A stretch of 64,000 nucleotides of DNA, from NCBI GenBank assembly GCA_030265395.1, contig JARFYF010000056.1:21758441-21822440 (forward strand). Direction: 5' to 3'. The stretch comes from Rhina ancylostomus. Taxonomy: Eukaryota. This document shows, in pieces, positions 1-12,529 of the stretch. How positions within the stretch are numbered: the stretch's first letter is position 1; the number at the start of each line of letters is the position of its first letter. The translations under genes and the position numbers were made by a program. Under the pieces are notes generated by a model. The model was not told the DNA's origin and made no database searches. It was given only the letters and a program-made list of their open reading frames with translations.

Positions 1-667
1 CTCCCCTGAGAGAATGCCCACCATTTATGCCAGAAAACACAGATGATTAAAGTTATAATTGGAGACATCCATAACACCATGTAGAACTTGATGAAAGGCA
101 ACTTCCTCTAATAGATTAACTTAGTTTTTGTGAACTCAAACTTCCACAAACTTGCATGTTATTAGGAACCCCTTGAGGAAAGGATTTCTTCATGAAGATA
201 AACGGCAGCTCCCCTGTGCACGACTACCACACATGGTCAGTACTACACAAGATTTCACATCATCAGCTGCTGACTGCTGGTAATTTTTTTCTCTGCAAAG
301 CCTGTGGTACTATCCGTACAATTTGCCAAGTCACACAAATTCCACCAAAAATGTTTACTTACAACTTGTGAACTAAATTAGAAGTGACGCAGCATTCGAA
401 GCACCAACCAATGGCCATCAACCTGATCACCCTTCGGAGTGCTTTTTAATGCAGAAAAGGTGAGTTATTCTCTTCAAGCAATGAAGCAATTTGAGGCCAA
501 TGTCCTGCTTTGTGGATCTTTATTCAAACCCTTAGTTTCAAGCTGAAAAGCTGCACATCTTCATCCTGAAGTGCATGTTCAAAATAACTACCACTGTTGG
601 CTTACAACCAAAAGGAAGCTAAATTTTCCAATTTGCTTTCAAATTTTGATTATTTTCACTGAGACGG

Positions 668-1060
668 TTATTTGGTTTATTATTGTCACATGTACTGAGG
701 TACAGTAAAAAACTTGCCTTGCATACTGTTCATACAGATCAATTCATTACAACAGTGCATTGAGGTTGTACAAGGTAAAACAATAAGAGTGCAGAATGAA
801 GTGTTACAGTTATAGAGAAAGTGCAGTGCAAGTAGACAATAAGGTGCAAGGTCATAATGAGGTGGATTGGGAGGTCAAGAATCCATTGTAATTAATGGTT
901 CAATAGTCTTACAACAGTGGGATAGAAGCTGTCCTTGAGCCTGGTGGTATTTGCTTTCAGGCTTTTACATCTTCTGCCTGACGGGAGAAGGGAGAAGAGA
1001 GAGTGTCCAGGTGTGAGTGGGGTCTTGGAGGATGCTTCACCGAGGCAACAAGAAGTGCAG
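668..1060 (-). mobile_element. Rex-Babar-type LINE, 3' fragment
   Basis: Reverse complement encodes TTRLKDSFYP, the C-terminal ORF motif of this clade, followed by a 3' UTR ending ...CAGTACATGTGACAATAATAAACC. Confidence 0.75.
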
Positions 1061-1409
1061 ATAGAGGAAACGTGCTCTCCGTTTCCATCTTTTCCCCATT
1101 TGGAACTTTATTAATTCATCAGTGGCAGCAGTGAAACCTCCTACTGACGCCCTAATTCCAGCTTCATGCACTTCCCTACATCATTAATTCTCCTTTTGGA
1201 AGCTCCTTTAAATCAACCTCTTTCGCCAAGACTTTGCTCACTACACAACACTTCTTCAAATGATTAGACAGAAAACATTGTTTCAAAACATTCTTAATTA
1301 GAGTACCAGGTTCATATTGGATGATCCCAATATGAAGATGTCTTAAGTTGATACAATTTATTTTGCTTGAGAATGTGATGCATGGTGAAGAACAATGCAG
1401 GAATTTATA

Positions 1410-1882
1410 AATTCTTACAAATTTCTATCGATGTTCAGTGGAGAGCATTCTGACTGGTTGCATCACAGCCTTTCATGGAGGCCGCAATGTACTGGATCAC
1501 AAGAGGCTGCAGAGGGTTGTAGACTCAACCAGCTCCATCACAGGCACAACCCTTCCCGCCACCGAGGTCATCTTGACGAGGCAGTGCCTCAAGAAGGTGA
1601 CATCCATAACTAAGGATCCTCACCATCTGGGACATGCCCTCTTCTCANNNNNNNNNNNNNNNNNNNNNNNNNNNNNNNNNNNNNNNNNNNNNNNNNNNNN
1701 NNNNNNNNNNNNNNNNNNNNNNNNNNNNNNNNNNNNNNNNNNNNNNNNNNNNNNNNNNNNNNNNNNNNNNNNNNNNNNNNNNNNNNNNNNNNNNNTGTTT
1801 TGTCTTTGCACTGTACTGCTGCCCCAAAACAACAAATTTCATATCATATAAGTCAAAGATAATAAATCTGATCCTGATTCAG
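1410..1882 (+). mobile_element. Rex-Babar-type LINE, 3' fragment (contains N gap)
   Basis: Translates LTNFYRCSVESILTGCITAF...KRLQRVVDST-SITGTTLP...KDPHHLGHALFS, typical Rex1/Babar C-terminus; 3' tail ...AATAAATCTGATCCTGATTC. Confidence 0.85.
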
Positions 1883-1899
1883 AATCAGCAAAGACAAAA

Positions 1900-2085
1900 A
1901 AAAGATAAAAATAAATAAATAGTGCAAAAAAAAACCAGGATAGTTAGGAAGCGTTCATGGGCTGTTCAGAAATCTGAAGGCAGAGGGGAAGAAGCTGTTC
2001 CTGAATCGTTCAGTTTCAGGCTCCTCTACCTCCTCCCTGATGGTAGCAGTGAGAGTCCTTAATGACAGACACCACCTTCTTGATT
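1900..2085 (-). mobile_element. Rex-Babar-type LINE, 3' fragment
   Basis: Minus strand encodes FRNSFFPSAFRFLN (NSFFP-A-R-LN motif). Confidence 0.7.
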
Positions 2086-3550
2086 CTGAGCAAGGCTGGA
2101 GGAAAAGATGCAAAGAGGCCCTGGAAGACAGTATAGTAAAGAAGGAAAGGTGCCCCAGCAGCTTTCAATGAGACAGGGATGAATTATAAAGTAGAAGATC
2201 CACAAAACAACACACTGAGAGAACACAATTTAATCAAGGAAAGAAGTGATTAAATAACAATGGACAATTGCTTGCAACATTTCAGAGAGATGAACTGGTA
2301 GCTCAATTGCTAATGAGTTTTAATAGACAGTTACCCTCAGCTTTCCATGATTATCAGGTAGGTATTCAGTCACGCATTCATATTCACAACACTTGGGAAA
2401 TGCATTACATTGATATGTTTTCAATTCTATTATTTTAGCTTCCACTTTTCGTTGTTTGCCTCATTTCCTCCTCTCGATAATCATTCACGAGGCATTGTTC
2501 TAAGTTTTGGTTGCAGTTCAGTATGAGGCCCAAAAGGCCAATTTTCATGCCTGAATCTTGACAGCAAGTGAAATCTTGCTTTTGGATTTAAAGAACATGG
2601 GAGGAAAAATGTCCAAAGAATAGTCTTAAGTGAATCTTCGAGGTGGAGTCAATATATTGAACACTGAGAAAGAATGAGGCTGATGCCAATTAAGCAAAGG
2701 ACTGCTTATTGGAGATGGAAGAAACACATTCAAAAATCATGGCTCTGAGAAGAGTTAATAACATATGTCCCGCCTTCGTATTACCTCTCAGATTCTCTGC
2801 CCCTGATCTCCCTACACCCATCTCTCCCAGATGCTCTTCCCTGTCAATTCCCAACCTCAACCTGTTACACATTCCTCTCAAATCACAACACAGAATCTGG
2901 AAGGTTTACTGCCTTTTCAAATCACTACTCCAACTTCTCTACCGTGCTCTGTTTGCCTTAAATCCCTTTCTCTCCCAGAACCTTCCTCTCCCTACTGCGC
3001 ATGATGACCAGTATACCAATGTTACACCATGATAGAAGACTTTCTGCACATGAACATACACACAAATACACATTGCTCAGGTTCCTGCAACATGGATGGC
3101 CGTTGGGGTGAGGGGGAACAGTGGCTTCCAGTGCTCAGAAAACCAATATCAATGGTGGTGAAGAAAGAATAAGAGAAACATATGAAGAAAATCAAGGAAA
3201 CTGTAAAGAAATTAAAGTGAAAGATGAAATGGATAGCTCACTGTGACACAGCAGCTTTCCATCTACCAGGTTCCCACTGATACAGAATGTGCAGAAGCAG
3301 AATGCTACTCGGTTGGCAGACATCTCCCTTTCATCGCAAGATCCAAGTGTGCAACGTCCTTCCAATTTGAAGTCTGCATTTTTAGAATTGATCACCTGGT
3401 CAAAGGTTTGCAGCTTGCACTGCTGTGCTTCAGTGCATCCTTCAGTGCTGCGTACATAGTTTTAGATCTTTCCTAACATTTGCAAAATATAAACTTTCTA
3501 AATTATTACTTATTAGCTTAATATCATTATTAATCCTGCATTGCCAAATA

Positions 3551-3796
3551 CAGGCAACCCCTCGCTTTATGGCTGTTTGGTTTATGGAAATTTGCCCTGA
3601 GAGAATTCACAAACCACTCCCCAAAATGTGGAATAAAATTTGCTCTCACAGAACTTGTGTGAAAAGTAAACAAATTAACATATTTTTCCCCAACTCATGT
3701 TTCTTGACAGATGCACAGATGCCACAGCTTCACATTACAGAAGATCACAATACGGACCCTTTTTACACAACACCCCCATAAAGCGGTGGTCACCTG
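3551..3796. mobile_element. Tc1/mariner-pogo (Tigger-like) MITE
   Basis: TA + CAGGCAACCCCTCGCTTTATGG at left, CCATAAAGCGGTGGTCACCTG + CA at right: about 21-bp imperfect terminal inverted repeats, TA target site (right copy mutated). Confidence 0.7.
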
Positions 3797-4327
3797 CACA
3801 GAAACAACATGTTGTATTACTAAATATTCAGATCTCCATAGTAACCTTGACGAATATTGAAATGCAGTAACAACAAGACCATTCTTGAATTTAGATATGG
3901 CTTCAGGGCATGCCCACTCTGAAATCATTGATGACTGCAAACCTGCCACTGCTAGTCGTTCCTTCAAAATGGAGCATGAATAAAATGCCTGTGGGGAGAT
4001 ACAGACAAACTGGCTCATCTGCACATTTGCAGTGAGATTACCTACTGACTGACTGATCTGTCTGAGCTCCAACAAGGTTCACGTCCATCCTCCGCTGGGG
4101 AAAGGTACAGCAGATCAGTAACTGAATGGAGACTGATCAATCTTTCTGTTGTCCTTCAACCCGTAATCCTAAGGGTTTGTCTCTGAAAACCTAATCCAAT
4201 ATATGTCCTTCAAATTAAAGCTAGCCTCATTCACAGATGTAGCATGGTGGTGTCTCAGTACTACCTCTATCCTCCATTATGAGTACTCCCATAAATTCTG
4301 CTAATCTTGTTAAGGACACTGTGTTTA

Positions 4328-4520
4328 GAAGAACATAGAAAAACTACAGCACAGTTCAGGCCCTACGGCCCACAAAGCTGTGCTGAACATGCTCCTAACC
4401 TAGAAATTACCAGACCTACCCATAGTCCTCTATTTTATTCAGCTTCATGTACCTATCGAACAGTCTCTTGAAAGACCCTATCGTATCCGCCTCCACCATC
4501 ATTTTCAGCAGCCCATTCCA
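4328..4520 (-). mobile_element. CR1 LINE 3' end
   Basis: AGAACATAGAAAAACTACAGCACAGTTCAGGCCCTACGGCCCAC is the reverse complement of the CR1 3' stem-loop/tail; ORF2 end follows. Confidence 0.8.
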
Positions 4521-4585
4521 AGGTTTAAAAGGTACCAGTCAAGATGAGGGGTTCTTATTGAATGGAGATAGAAAAAAAACCTTAC

Positions 4586-4632
4586 AGTGATGTAATCAAG
4601 AAATTGTCTGTGATAATCATGTTCTAGCCAAC
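4586..4632 (-). CDS. Candidate internal exon, unknown gene (WLEHDYHRQFLDYIT)
   Basis: Acceptor ATATTTTCTGTTAG, donor GTAAGG, open frame phase 1-0; no homology recognised. Confidence 0.2.
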
Positions 4633-5329
4633 CTAACAGAAAATATACTCCATGGGGATTTTAAAGCATCTTTTTTTCTGCCAACATTCATCAAAAAGGA
4701 AAGTCTTTCAGTTTTGCAGCAGTTAGTATTAATACGACATGAGGTGCAATTTTTTTAAAACTAATCACTGATCTCCTGGAAATTAATGCAAACTACCAAA
4801 GTTAAGAACACATTGGCCATCAACAGTTAATGTGCCATTTTAATATGAAAATATTCAACCTGGATATCTGTGCATTTTGCAGTAAGCAGGAATTTAGCAT
4901 GCCCGAGTCTCCAGAATTCTACCTGTGTTTTCTCTTGGAACTTGTATAACCTCCAGCTGAATATTCCCTTGCAAAGCTAAGCATGCAAGTTAAATTTGCC
5001 CCTTGTTTGCAAATATTACATCAATCACAGCTCACAGAGGTGTGGAGGGTGAAACGTCCTTTAGGCAGTAGGGTGTCAAGTTGGAGCATGAAGCCAAATT
5101 CTTTTGATCTCCCAGATAGTATGATCGAAGCCAAAATTAGTTTTCATGCTTTATGTGTTGCTGAGACTTAAACTGCATGCCAACTCCATAATCTCAGCCG
5201 TTAAGAATGAATGTGCTTATCTTGATTGAACGTCCCAAACCAGTTGTTTTGCTGGAATGAAAATCAAAAACCTGCAGATGTTAGAAATATTTCCAAATTT
5301 CCTTCTGACAGAGAAGGCTACTTTGGATC

Positions 5330-5895
5330 ATTGACCTGATGCTGGCCAACAGAGCAATCCCCTATCCCTGTTAACTTTCTCCTTAACCAACTGTCCCCAC
5401 ATTCCCATCAACTCCCCTGATTCTACCACCCCCAACACTCGAGGCAATTTACAGCGGCCAATTATCCTACCAATAAGCACATCTTTGGGATGTGGGAGGA
5501 ACCCAGAGCACCCAGAAGAAACCCATGCNNNNNNNNNNNNNNNNNNNNNNNNNNNNNNNNNNNNNNNNNNNNNNNNNNNNNNNNNNNNNNNNNNNNNNNN
5601 NNNNNNNNNNNNNNNNNNNNNNNNNNNNNNNNNNNNNNNNNNNNNNNNNNNNNNNNNNNNNNNNNNNNNNNNNNNNNNNNNNNNNNNNNNNNNNNNNNNN
5701 NNNNNNNNNNNNNNNNNNNNNNNNNNNNNNNNNNNNNNNNNNNTTATCCTACCAATAAGCACATCTTTGGGATGTGGGAGGAAACCAGAGCACCCAGAAG
5801 AAACCCATGCAGCTAGAGGGACAACATGCAAACTCCACACAGACAGCAGAGGTCAGGATTGAACTCTCTTCACTGGCACAGTGAGGCAGCAGCCC
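5330..5895 (-). mobile_element. V-SINE (HE1-like), spans N gap with duplicated flanks
   Basis: V-domain reverse complement TGTGGGAGGAAACCAGAGCACCCAGAAGAAACCCATGC...TGCAAACTCCACACAGAC; tRNA-like head at the right end. Confidence 0.85.
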
Positions 5896-5899
5896 AAAT

Positions 5900-6045
5900 G
5901 GAAACAGAAAATACTGAAAGCACACCACATCGAAAACAGAGTTAATGCTTCACGTTGAAGTCACTTCAACAGATCTGTGACGTTAGTTTGATTTCTCACA
6001 GATGCCACCTGAACTGGTGAGTGCTTCCAGCATGTTCTGTTCTTC
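5900..6045. mobile_element. Penelope-like foldback mini-element, degenerate
   Basis: Left arm AACAGAAAATACTGAAAGCAC...AACAGAGTTAATGCTTC, right arm ...CACAGATGCCACCTGAACTGGTGAGTGCTTCCAGCATGTTCTGTT. Confidence 0.55.
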
Positions 6046-6439
6046 TCTCTGCTGTTTCCCTGGCTTATCGTGTGATAACTTTACATCAAGGTGATCTTTG
6101 TGAGAAGGAAGAAATGCAGAATGAATGAATGCCTTCAGAACTCGCCAGCTGAGAAGGACTCAACTCCTCCTCAGTGCTATTGACCTCATCCAGACCTGCT
6201 CCACAAAATTCTTGGAGCTCCGCCTGGGTTAGCTGGATTATTGAACTAATTTTTAGAAAATTGAAACCAGTATTCATCAGGTTTTGATTCCAACACAAAC
6301 CTAAGCTGCCGACTTGGGAGTGAGGATGATTCATTTCCACTCTATTTGTTTGGGATCTGAGTGACGGATGAGATGAATGTGGGAACCACAGACTCCTCCA
6401 AAGATGGGTCAGAGAGTACCCAACAAGGCAGGCAAGTGG

Positions 6440-6740
6440 GTGGTCTTTAAGGTGTTGCTCCCCTTCCACCATTTACCCAGGGCTTCTGTGCACTCCCAAA
6501 ACATGACCTCAAGGTTCTCAATTCTATCCCATTATCTTCTTCTCCACTTTGAGAGGTCATGGGCCAGAGGTTTGCCAAAAGTCAGCACGGGTGTTACAAC
6601 TTTTCAAGGTGTGCCTTGAGCTCATCTTTGAATCTATTCCTCTGTCCGCCAGGTAATCTCTTACCGTCACAGAGCTCAGAATGGTGCGTTTGCTTTGGGA
6701 GTCTGTTTGCGTGGTGACACCACTGTGGCCAATGTATAAT
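6440..6740 (-). mobile_element. RTE (BovB-like) LINE, 3' ORF remnant
   Basis: Minus strand with frameshifts: NRLPKQTHHSELCDGKRLPGGQRNRFKDELKA...LKSCN...WQT...SKWRR, matching the RTE motif RLPKQ-L-GEL--GKR--GGQ-KRFKD-LK. Confidence 0.8.
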
Positions 6741-6871
6741 AGGCATCGCAGTCGATCAGGCTGCACATAGCTTTTGTGCTTCCAGAGACCAGGCAGCTTT
6801 CCTGCATTGTATAGGAGTTTTCCACATTTAAACTCCACTTCCTGCCCTTCACAATTTCCAAGTCAACACAT

Positions 6872-7072
6872 TTCATTCCACACCCCAAAGAGACATAGTT
6901 GGTTAATTGGCCATGTAACTTGTCCAGAGTGTAAAGGTGACAGCTAGAATCGGGAGACATTGAGGGGAATGTGGTAAAAATGCAGGATTACAGGGAGTTG
7001 GGGTACAGGAAATGAGTGCTTGATAGTGGCTAAAACCCAGTGGACCAATGGGCTTTTTACCTTGTACCATGA
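6872..7072 (+). mobile_element. V-SINE 3' half, degenerate
   Basis: CCACACCCCAAAGAGACATAGTTGGTTAATTGGCCATGTAACTTGTCC through a CR1-like tail. Confidence 0.55.
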
Positions 7073-7956
7073 GGTCTCCACATCTCTTGGAGTCAGTTTT
7101 ATCAGGTGATCCCAAACTGATGCAGGCAACCAAAACTCAACTCATTGAAACCTATGGTTTTCCACGACGAACATGACACTTGCATGGCTCTCATTAGATT
7201 TGTATCCAACTGCCATGGTTGGAGAGTGCACTGGGGCAGGAAGCGAGAGAACTAGAGAGCAGCTCATCTCTTGGGATCCATCTCTCTGGGCCGCAGCTGC
7301 CACTGAAAATATCCAGCGGTGTGGACTCCGTCAGGGTGATGGCATGTGGACTCCATAGGTAAGGAGGAGTCATGTGTGCTTCCTGGCAAAACATGGAATT
7401 CCACTCAAGGAAATTCTTGAGATCTATAATGCAGTCCATTTTGAGGGAGTGGACACCTTTCCTACAAGGTCCGTGCGATGAAGGGGATCCCTGGTAGACA
7501 CAAACATTCAGTCACCGTCTTGCCTGCACTTGCGGGAGGTCAGCAGCTACACATTTAAATCCCAGTGCCCAGGAAGCCAACTGCCCTTCAGTGGAATTAA
7601 AGTAGATGAGGTTATCTCTGTGCAAACACAGTGACCTCCCTGATGCTGCAATGATCAGCCAATTGGTCGCTGCTGCATGACAAGATCCTGTGGTACAGAA
7701 TCCAAGTTTATAATGGCTCCGCGGATATGGCAACAAAAATGGGATTCTGGCTGAAAAAGTTTTCCTGCAGCTTATTATACATCTCAGCCTTGGAAAACCC
7801 AAGCCTGCACGTGCATTGCTCATCTGGGACGTCCAAGCAGAATGTGGTGTCTCCAAAGACACTGTGGGAGTAAGGCCCTTCACTGATGGGCATATGTTTG
7901 TCGTTTGAGATCCCTGACCCACACTGACTACCAGCCATGATCATAACAACACTTAC

Positions 7957-8035
7957 TGTGCTATTTTACCACTGAGATATCCACAGAATGAATTTCTCAG
8001 CAGCTGGAGAGCACACTCCTTGTTAGTTGTTGTAT
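7957..8035 (-). CDS. Candidate internal exon, unknown gene (TTTNKECALQLLRNSFCGYLSGKIA)
   Basis: Consensus donor GTAAGT; acceptor TTAG abuts an N gap; phase 1-2, in frame with candidate exon 8242-8372. Confidence 0.2.
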
Positions 8036-8241
8036 CTAANNNNNNNNNNNNNNNNNNNNNNNNNNNNNNNNNNNNNNNNNNNNNNNNNNNNNNNNNNNNN
8101 NNNNNNNNNNNNNNNNNNNNNNNNNNNNNNNNNNNNNNNNNNNNNNNNNNNNNNNNNNNNNNNNNNNNNNNNNNNNNNNNNNNNNNNNNNNNNNGGTATG
8201 GGTAAAAAAGTGTTTTACTCAAAAGGTCATTTGGTACATAC

Positions 8242-8372
8242 CTGATGCCAGGAAAATATCTGGCTTGCTGACATGAACAGCGCACGAAAGTATCTGGTCC
8301 AATTTCAATTCTGATGCAACTTCACCTCTAATGTTCAGAGCAAAGAAACGTTGAAACTGGATCATATAGAAT
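8242..8372 (-). CDS. Candidate internal exon, unknown gene (FYMIQFQRFFALNIRGEVASELKLDQILSCAVHVSKPDIFLAS)
   Basis: Acceptor CTCAACTTTTTAG, donor CAG|GTATGT, only one open frame (phase 2-1). Confidence 0.25.
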
Positions 8373-8407
8373 CTAAAAAGTTGAGCACCAACCAATCCAG
8401 TTTCCAG

Positions 8408-8585
8408 ATGAAAAACACAATGACGTTGGAGGAACTCAGCAAGCCAGGCAGCATCCATGGAGAAAAGTAAAGGAAGGGTCCTGACCCGAAATGTTTGCCT
8501 TTCTCCACGGATATGGCCTGACCTGCTGAGTTCCTCCAGCATCATCGTGTTTTTCATCTAGATTCCAGCATCTGCAGTCCTTCAT
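8408..8585. mobile_element. Penelope-like foldback mini-element with 15-bp TSD
   Basis: About 65-bp inverted arms (8406-8471 / 8494-8559); exact direct repeat CAATCCAGTTTCCAG at 8393-8407 and 8586-8600. Confidence 0.85.
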
Positions 8586-9019
8586 CAATCCAGTTTCCAG
8601 GTTCTTGTCCTGTGGATCAGGGACTCAAACTTATTTTATATCGGGGCCAAAGCAATGGCTCACTTCCGTCTCACGATCCATCTTAGGCTTAACTAAGACA
8701 GGGCTTCCTGGCAATGGGCCATGTCTATGAGTTGTCTTTNNNNNNNNNNNNNNNNNNNNNNNNNNNNNNNNNNNNNNNNNNNNCACAAATAATGTTATCA
8801 ATAATTTGACATTTTAGCTGCATTCAGATCTTCAACTGCTGCAGATAATTCCATTCAGGATTGATCCAATATTGAAAAAGTCCATCTGAATTAAACTTGC
8901 AGACACTCTGGGTCAAACGGACAGGCCTGGGAAAGGCTGGGCAATGAAAATACTGACAAAACAAATTTCAGAGAAACCCCTGAGAGCAATGCTGTGGTGT
9001 AATGTTCCTGTCCGTGTGC

Positions 9020-9260
9020 ATACTCTCACCCCCTCCCACACACACATCCTGAAGACTTCCTCTCTATCCCCTTTCCACCTTCTCTCTCTCTCCCCCCCTC
9101 TGAACATATAGTTCTCTGTCTCTTCCCCAGGTCTTCCTCTCACCCCAGTTGTACACCCTACCTCACCTTTCCCATTGTTTCCTCATCCCTCCCACTATCC
9201 TCTCCCCTTTCTAACTAAGACACTCCCCCCACCCCACCTCACCCCTTTCCACTCTCACCC
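9020..9260. repeat. C/T-rich low-complexity tract
   Basis: Strongly pyrimidine-biased + strand (CTCTCTCTCCCCCCC etc.). Confidence 0.7.
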
Positions 9261-9504
9261 ATATCAAAGTCTCACAAAGTACAAAGAGGGAAATGATGAC
9301 CTCTTCATGACATTAATGGAGGGATAAATGTTAACCAGGATTCAAACAAAATTCTCTGATACCCTGAAAAATGCCTTACTATTTTTATATAACCAGTTCT
9401 GAAAACTATTTCTCACTCAAAGACTTATTTAAAATCAGTGAAAAGTGGACAGAACTGAGCCGTGAGAAGTAGTGGCAGCAAACCTGCTTCACCATTTAAT
9501 ACAA

Positions 9505-11030
9505 TCACGGCTGATCATTGACCTCGATACAAAGTTCCTGCATTCGCCCCCTCACCCTTGATGCTTTTTGTGTCGAGAAATTTATCTCTCTCCTTCTTAA
9601 ATATATTCCAAGAGTTGACCTCCAGAGGAAGAGAAATCCACAAGTTTGCCATCTTCTGAGTGAAGCAATTTCTCCACATCTCAGCTCCAACATCATACCT
9701 CAACTTCAGACCACCACCAGCCAAGGGAAACATCCCCTCTGCATCTTGGCTGTCGAACACATTTGAATTTTGTATTTTTCAATAAGGTTTCCTCTCATTC
9801 TTCTCATCAAGTGAATGCAGCTCCAATCTCCCCTCATACCACTACCTCGTCACCCCAGGAATCAGTCTAGTGAACTCCTCCTTTCTGAGGTGAGGAGATC
9901 AAAACTGTACACAATGTTCCAGATGTGGTCTCACTGAGATCCTGTATAATTGTAAGACATCCTTGCTTCTCTACTCAAAGCATCCTGCAACACATCATTT
10001 GCTATCTTAACTGCTTGCTGCACCTGCTTGTTTGCTTTCAATGACCAGTGTACAACGATCACTTCACTCATCAACATTCCGCAATCCATACCCATTTAAA
10101 GACATGCTGTTTTCTTCTGATCCAAGTGGATAACTTCACATTTATTCACATTATCATGTATTTGCCCACTCACTCAACTTTACCTCAATTGTCTTAAAGT
10201 CTCTTTGCCTTCTCTTTACAACTCACAATCCCACCCAATTTAGTGTTTTAGGCAAAGTAGAAATATTACATTCAGACCCCTATCCCAGTCACTGATAAAT
10301 TTTGGGAATAGCTGGGGTCCAAACACTACATCTGCGGTACCCCACTTCCAACTGCTTGCCATCCCAAAACCGATCCATTTATTCCGCGCCTCAACCGGTT
10401 TTCAAATCCATATAATCCCAATCCCATGTGCTTTAATTCTGCACATGAACCTCCTCTGTGTGAATTCATCAAAAGGTCTTCTGAAAATCCAAATCTACCA
10501 CATCCACTGGCTTTTGCTATCTATTCTACCAGTTATCTGCTCAATAACTCCAGTCAGTTGGTCAATCACAACTATTTTCCCCTTTCAGAAATCCATGTTG
10601 ACTTTGTTAGTAAGATCCTGTTATCACATGCTTTATAAATAATCTCAAGCATTTTCCCAACTACTGATGTCAGGTTAACTAATCTACAGTTCCATTTTCT
10701 CCCTCTCTCTTTATTTCTTAAATAATGAGCTACATTCGGCACCCGACAAACTGCAGGAACCATTCCACTTATAAAGGCAGCAATTAATGCATCCACCATT
10801 TCCATGGTTACCTCCTTTAGTACTCTGCGATGCAGGTCATCAGGCCCTGGGGATTCAGTCCCATTAATTTATCTAACTTTTTTTTCCCCAACTAATATTA
10901 TTTTCCTTCAATGCCTCCTCTTTACCAAATTCTTGGTTCCTGAGCATTTCTGGGAAGTTACTTGTGTCTTCCGTGAAAAGAAGCAAAGCATTTGTCTAAT
11001 TGCCCCGCCATTTCTTTATCCCCTCTTATA
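9505..11030 (-). mobile_element. CR1 LINE, about 1.5 kb decayed ORF2 (RT to 3' end)
   Basis: ORF 10572-10805 gives GMVPAVCRVPNV...NCRLVNLTSVVGKMLEII (NYRPVSLTSVVGK motif); near 9650 RNCFTQKMANLWISLP; many stops and frameshifts. Confidence 0.9.
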
Positions 11031-11379
11031 CCCTCCACACCAGGTGAAGAAAAAAATGATCAGGCTTAGAAGAGCTGATGTTACTTGCAGCCATGTAATC
11101 CTAAAAGAAGTCAGTATCATCATTCTAAACAAAAATCAAGAGGAAAAATTATAGAAGAGGAATCCTGCTGGGCTTCATGACTCATGGTAACAGAAATAGG
11201 AGGCTATAAGACAAAAGCAAGGACGACGAGACTGGCTCTTGGGAAAAGGCAGCTGAAGTGTGACCGAATTGAGATCTTTATAATTCTAAAAAGATTTTGA
11301 CAGAGGGAACTGAGACAGAATCGGCCCATGAAGAGCACAACTGGAAGTCTTCAATACAAGACGGCCACCATGAAATCCA

Positions 11380-11610
11380 GAAGGGAAGCTCAGCAAAAGC
11401 TTCTTTACCCAAAGTGGAGTAAGATTGTGGGACTCTGTCCCACAGGCAGTGGCCGAAACGAGGAGTGCAGATGCTTTTAAGGGGAGACAGGATCAGCAAA
11501 TGAGAGAAAAGGTTACACTGAATGGTTTAGAGTTGGAATAATAGGAGGAGGCTTGAACAGAGTGCAAAAGTCAGCATAAACTGGTTGGGCCAAATGGCCA
11601 TATATCCAAT
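11380..11610 (+). mobile_element. CR1 LINE 3' end
   Basis: FFTQ-GV-LWDS-P--V motif, then GCATAAACTGGTTGGGCCAAATGGCC tail. Confidence 0.7.
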
Positions 11611-12529
11611 GAAATCCAGTGTAGAATGTAAGCTCCAATGAAATGTATTGTGAGAGCAAATATTTACAATGGAAGTCAAATAAAATAAGTTCTGCTCAGT
11701 AATTACAAGTCCCTTGGCCTAGAATTTTCATTTTCATTGATTCAATAAACACAAACGTTTACATTGTGAAATATCATAATTAACATTTGGAACGTGATCC
11801 GTTTCATGAAACCAAGTTCAAAAGGTGCACCAGCACTGAATTCCCTGGTGTGGTTGGCAAGAAGTCCTGGAGAGAGGCAATGTGAGCCAGTCTCTGCAGG
11901 CAACCTGACAAGAATCACAGAATCACTGGAGAACCATCAAAAACAAAACATGGATGAGTTATCTGTTTGTCTCAAATCAACTACAAATGCTTTATATTGC
12001 TTTGGTGTAGAAACAACTACAATAAACAAAATTGGGTGAACATACCCTGAAGATTTAAGATTTAGCCAGGGAATTAAAGAATCACAGACTCAGAGAATCA
12101 ATATGGCAAACTAGAGCCAAAAGCTCCAACCTGTGCCAGTGGTGGAACAGTCCCTTTNNNNNNTCATTTACTGCTTTTCTCACAACTTAAAAGGTATACG
12201 CTGATGACATGAGAGAGCTGATTGGCCACTTTCAGAAGTGGCTATCGGCTGCTCAGACACATTCCAAAGTCCACAGAGTGTGCTACAACCAACAGTGTGT
12301 GCTTTCCAGATTTTGGCAGCTGAGAAGTTCATTCCATGGATGTTTCATTGGCCACACCGCTGTTGTTACTGAAGACACTATTATGGCAATGGCTGGCCAA
12401 TCAGTGTGCTTTGCAAACCCCAGGGGAAGAGACACAACTATTCCCATTGGGGAAGAACCTCCCCCACAATAGGCAGTTATTCAATCCATTAGTCCTTACC
12501 AGAGCAATCGATGCAATCCTTCTTCCCAA

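Noticed and set aside
3794-3988. 195-nt exon ending at CAG|GTGACC
   Set aside because: The donor lies inside the right TIR of the MITE at 3551-3796, so this boundary is likely coincidental. Only the acceptor is kept as a candidate.
5462-5810. Direct repeats flanking N gaps (5462-5528/5744-5810, 22638-22657/22758-22777, about 26250-26309/26410-26470)
   Set aside because: Near-identical sequence on both sides of a gap is typical of unmerged contig overlaps or haplotype artefacts.
4586-8372. Assignment of the candidate exons to an RGS-domain gene (QFQRFFAL, LEHDY..FL)
   Set aside because: The resemblance is limited to a few residues, the motif order does not fit an RGS domain, and the conserved FW motif is absent. 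No gene symbol assigned.
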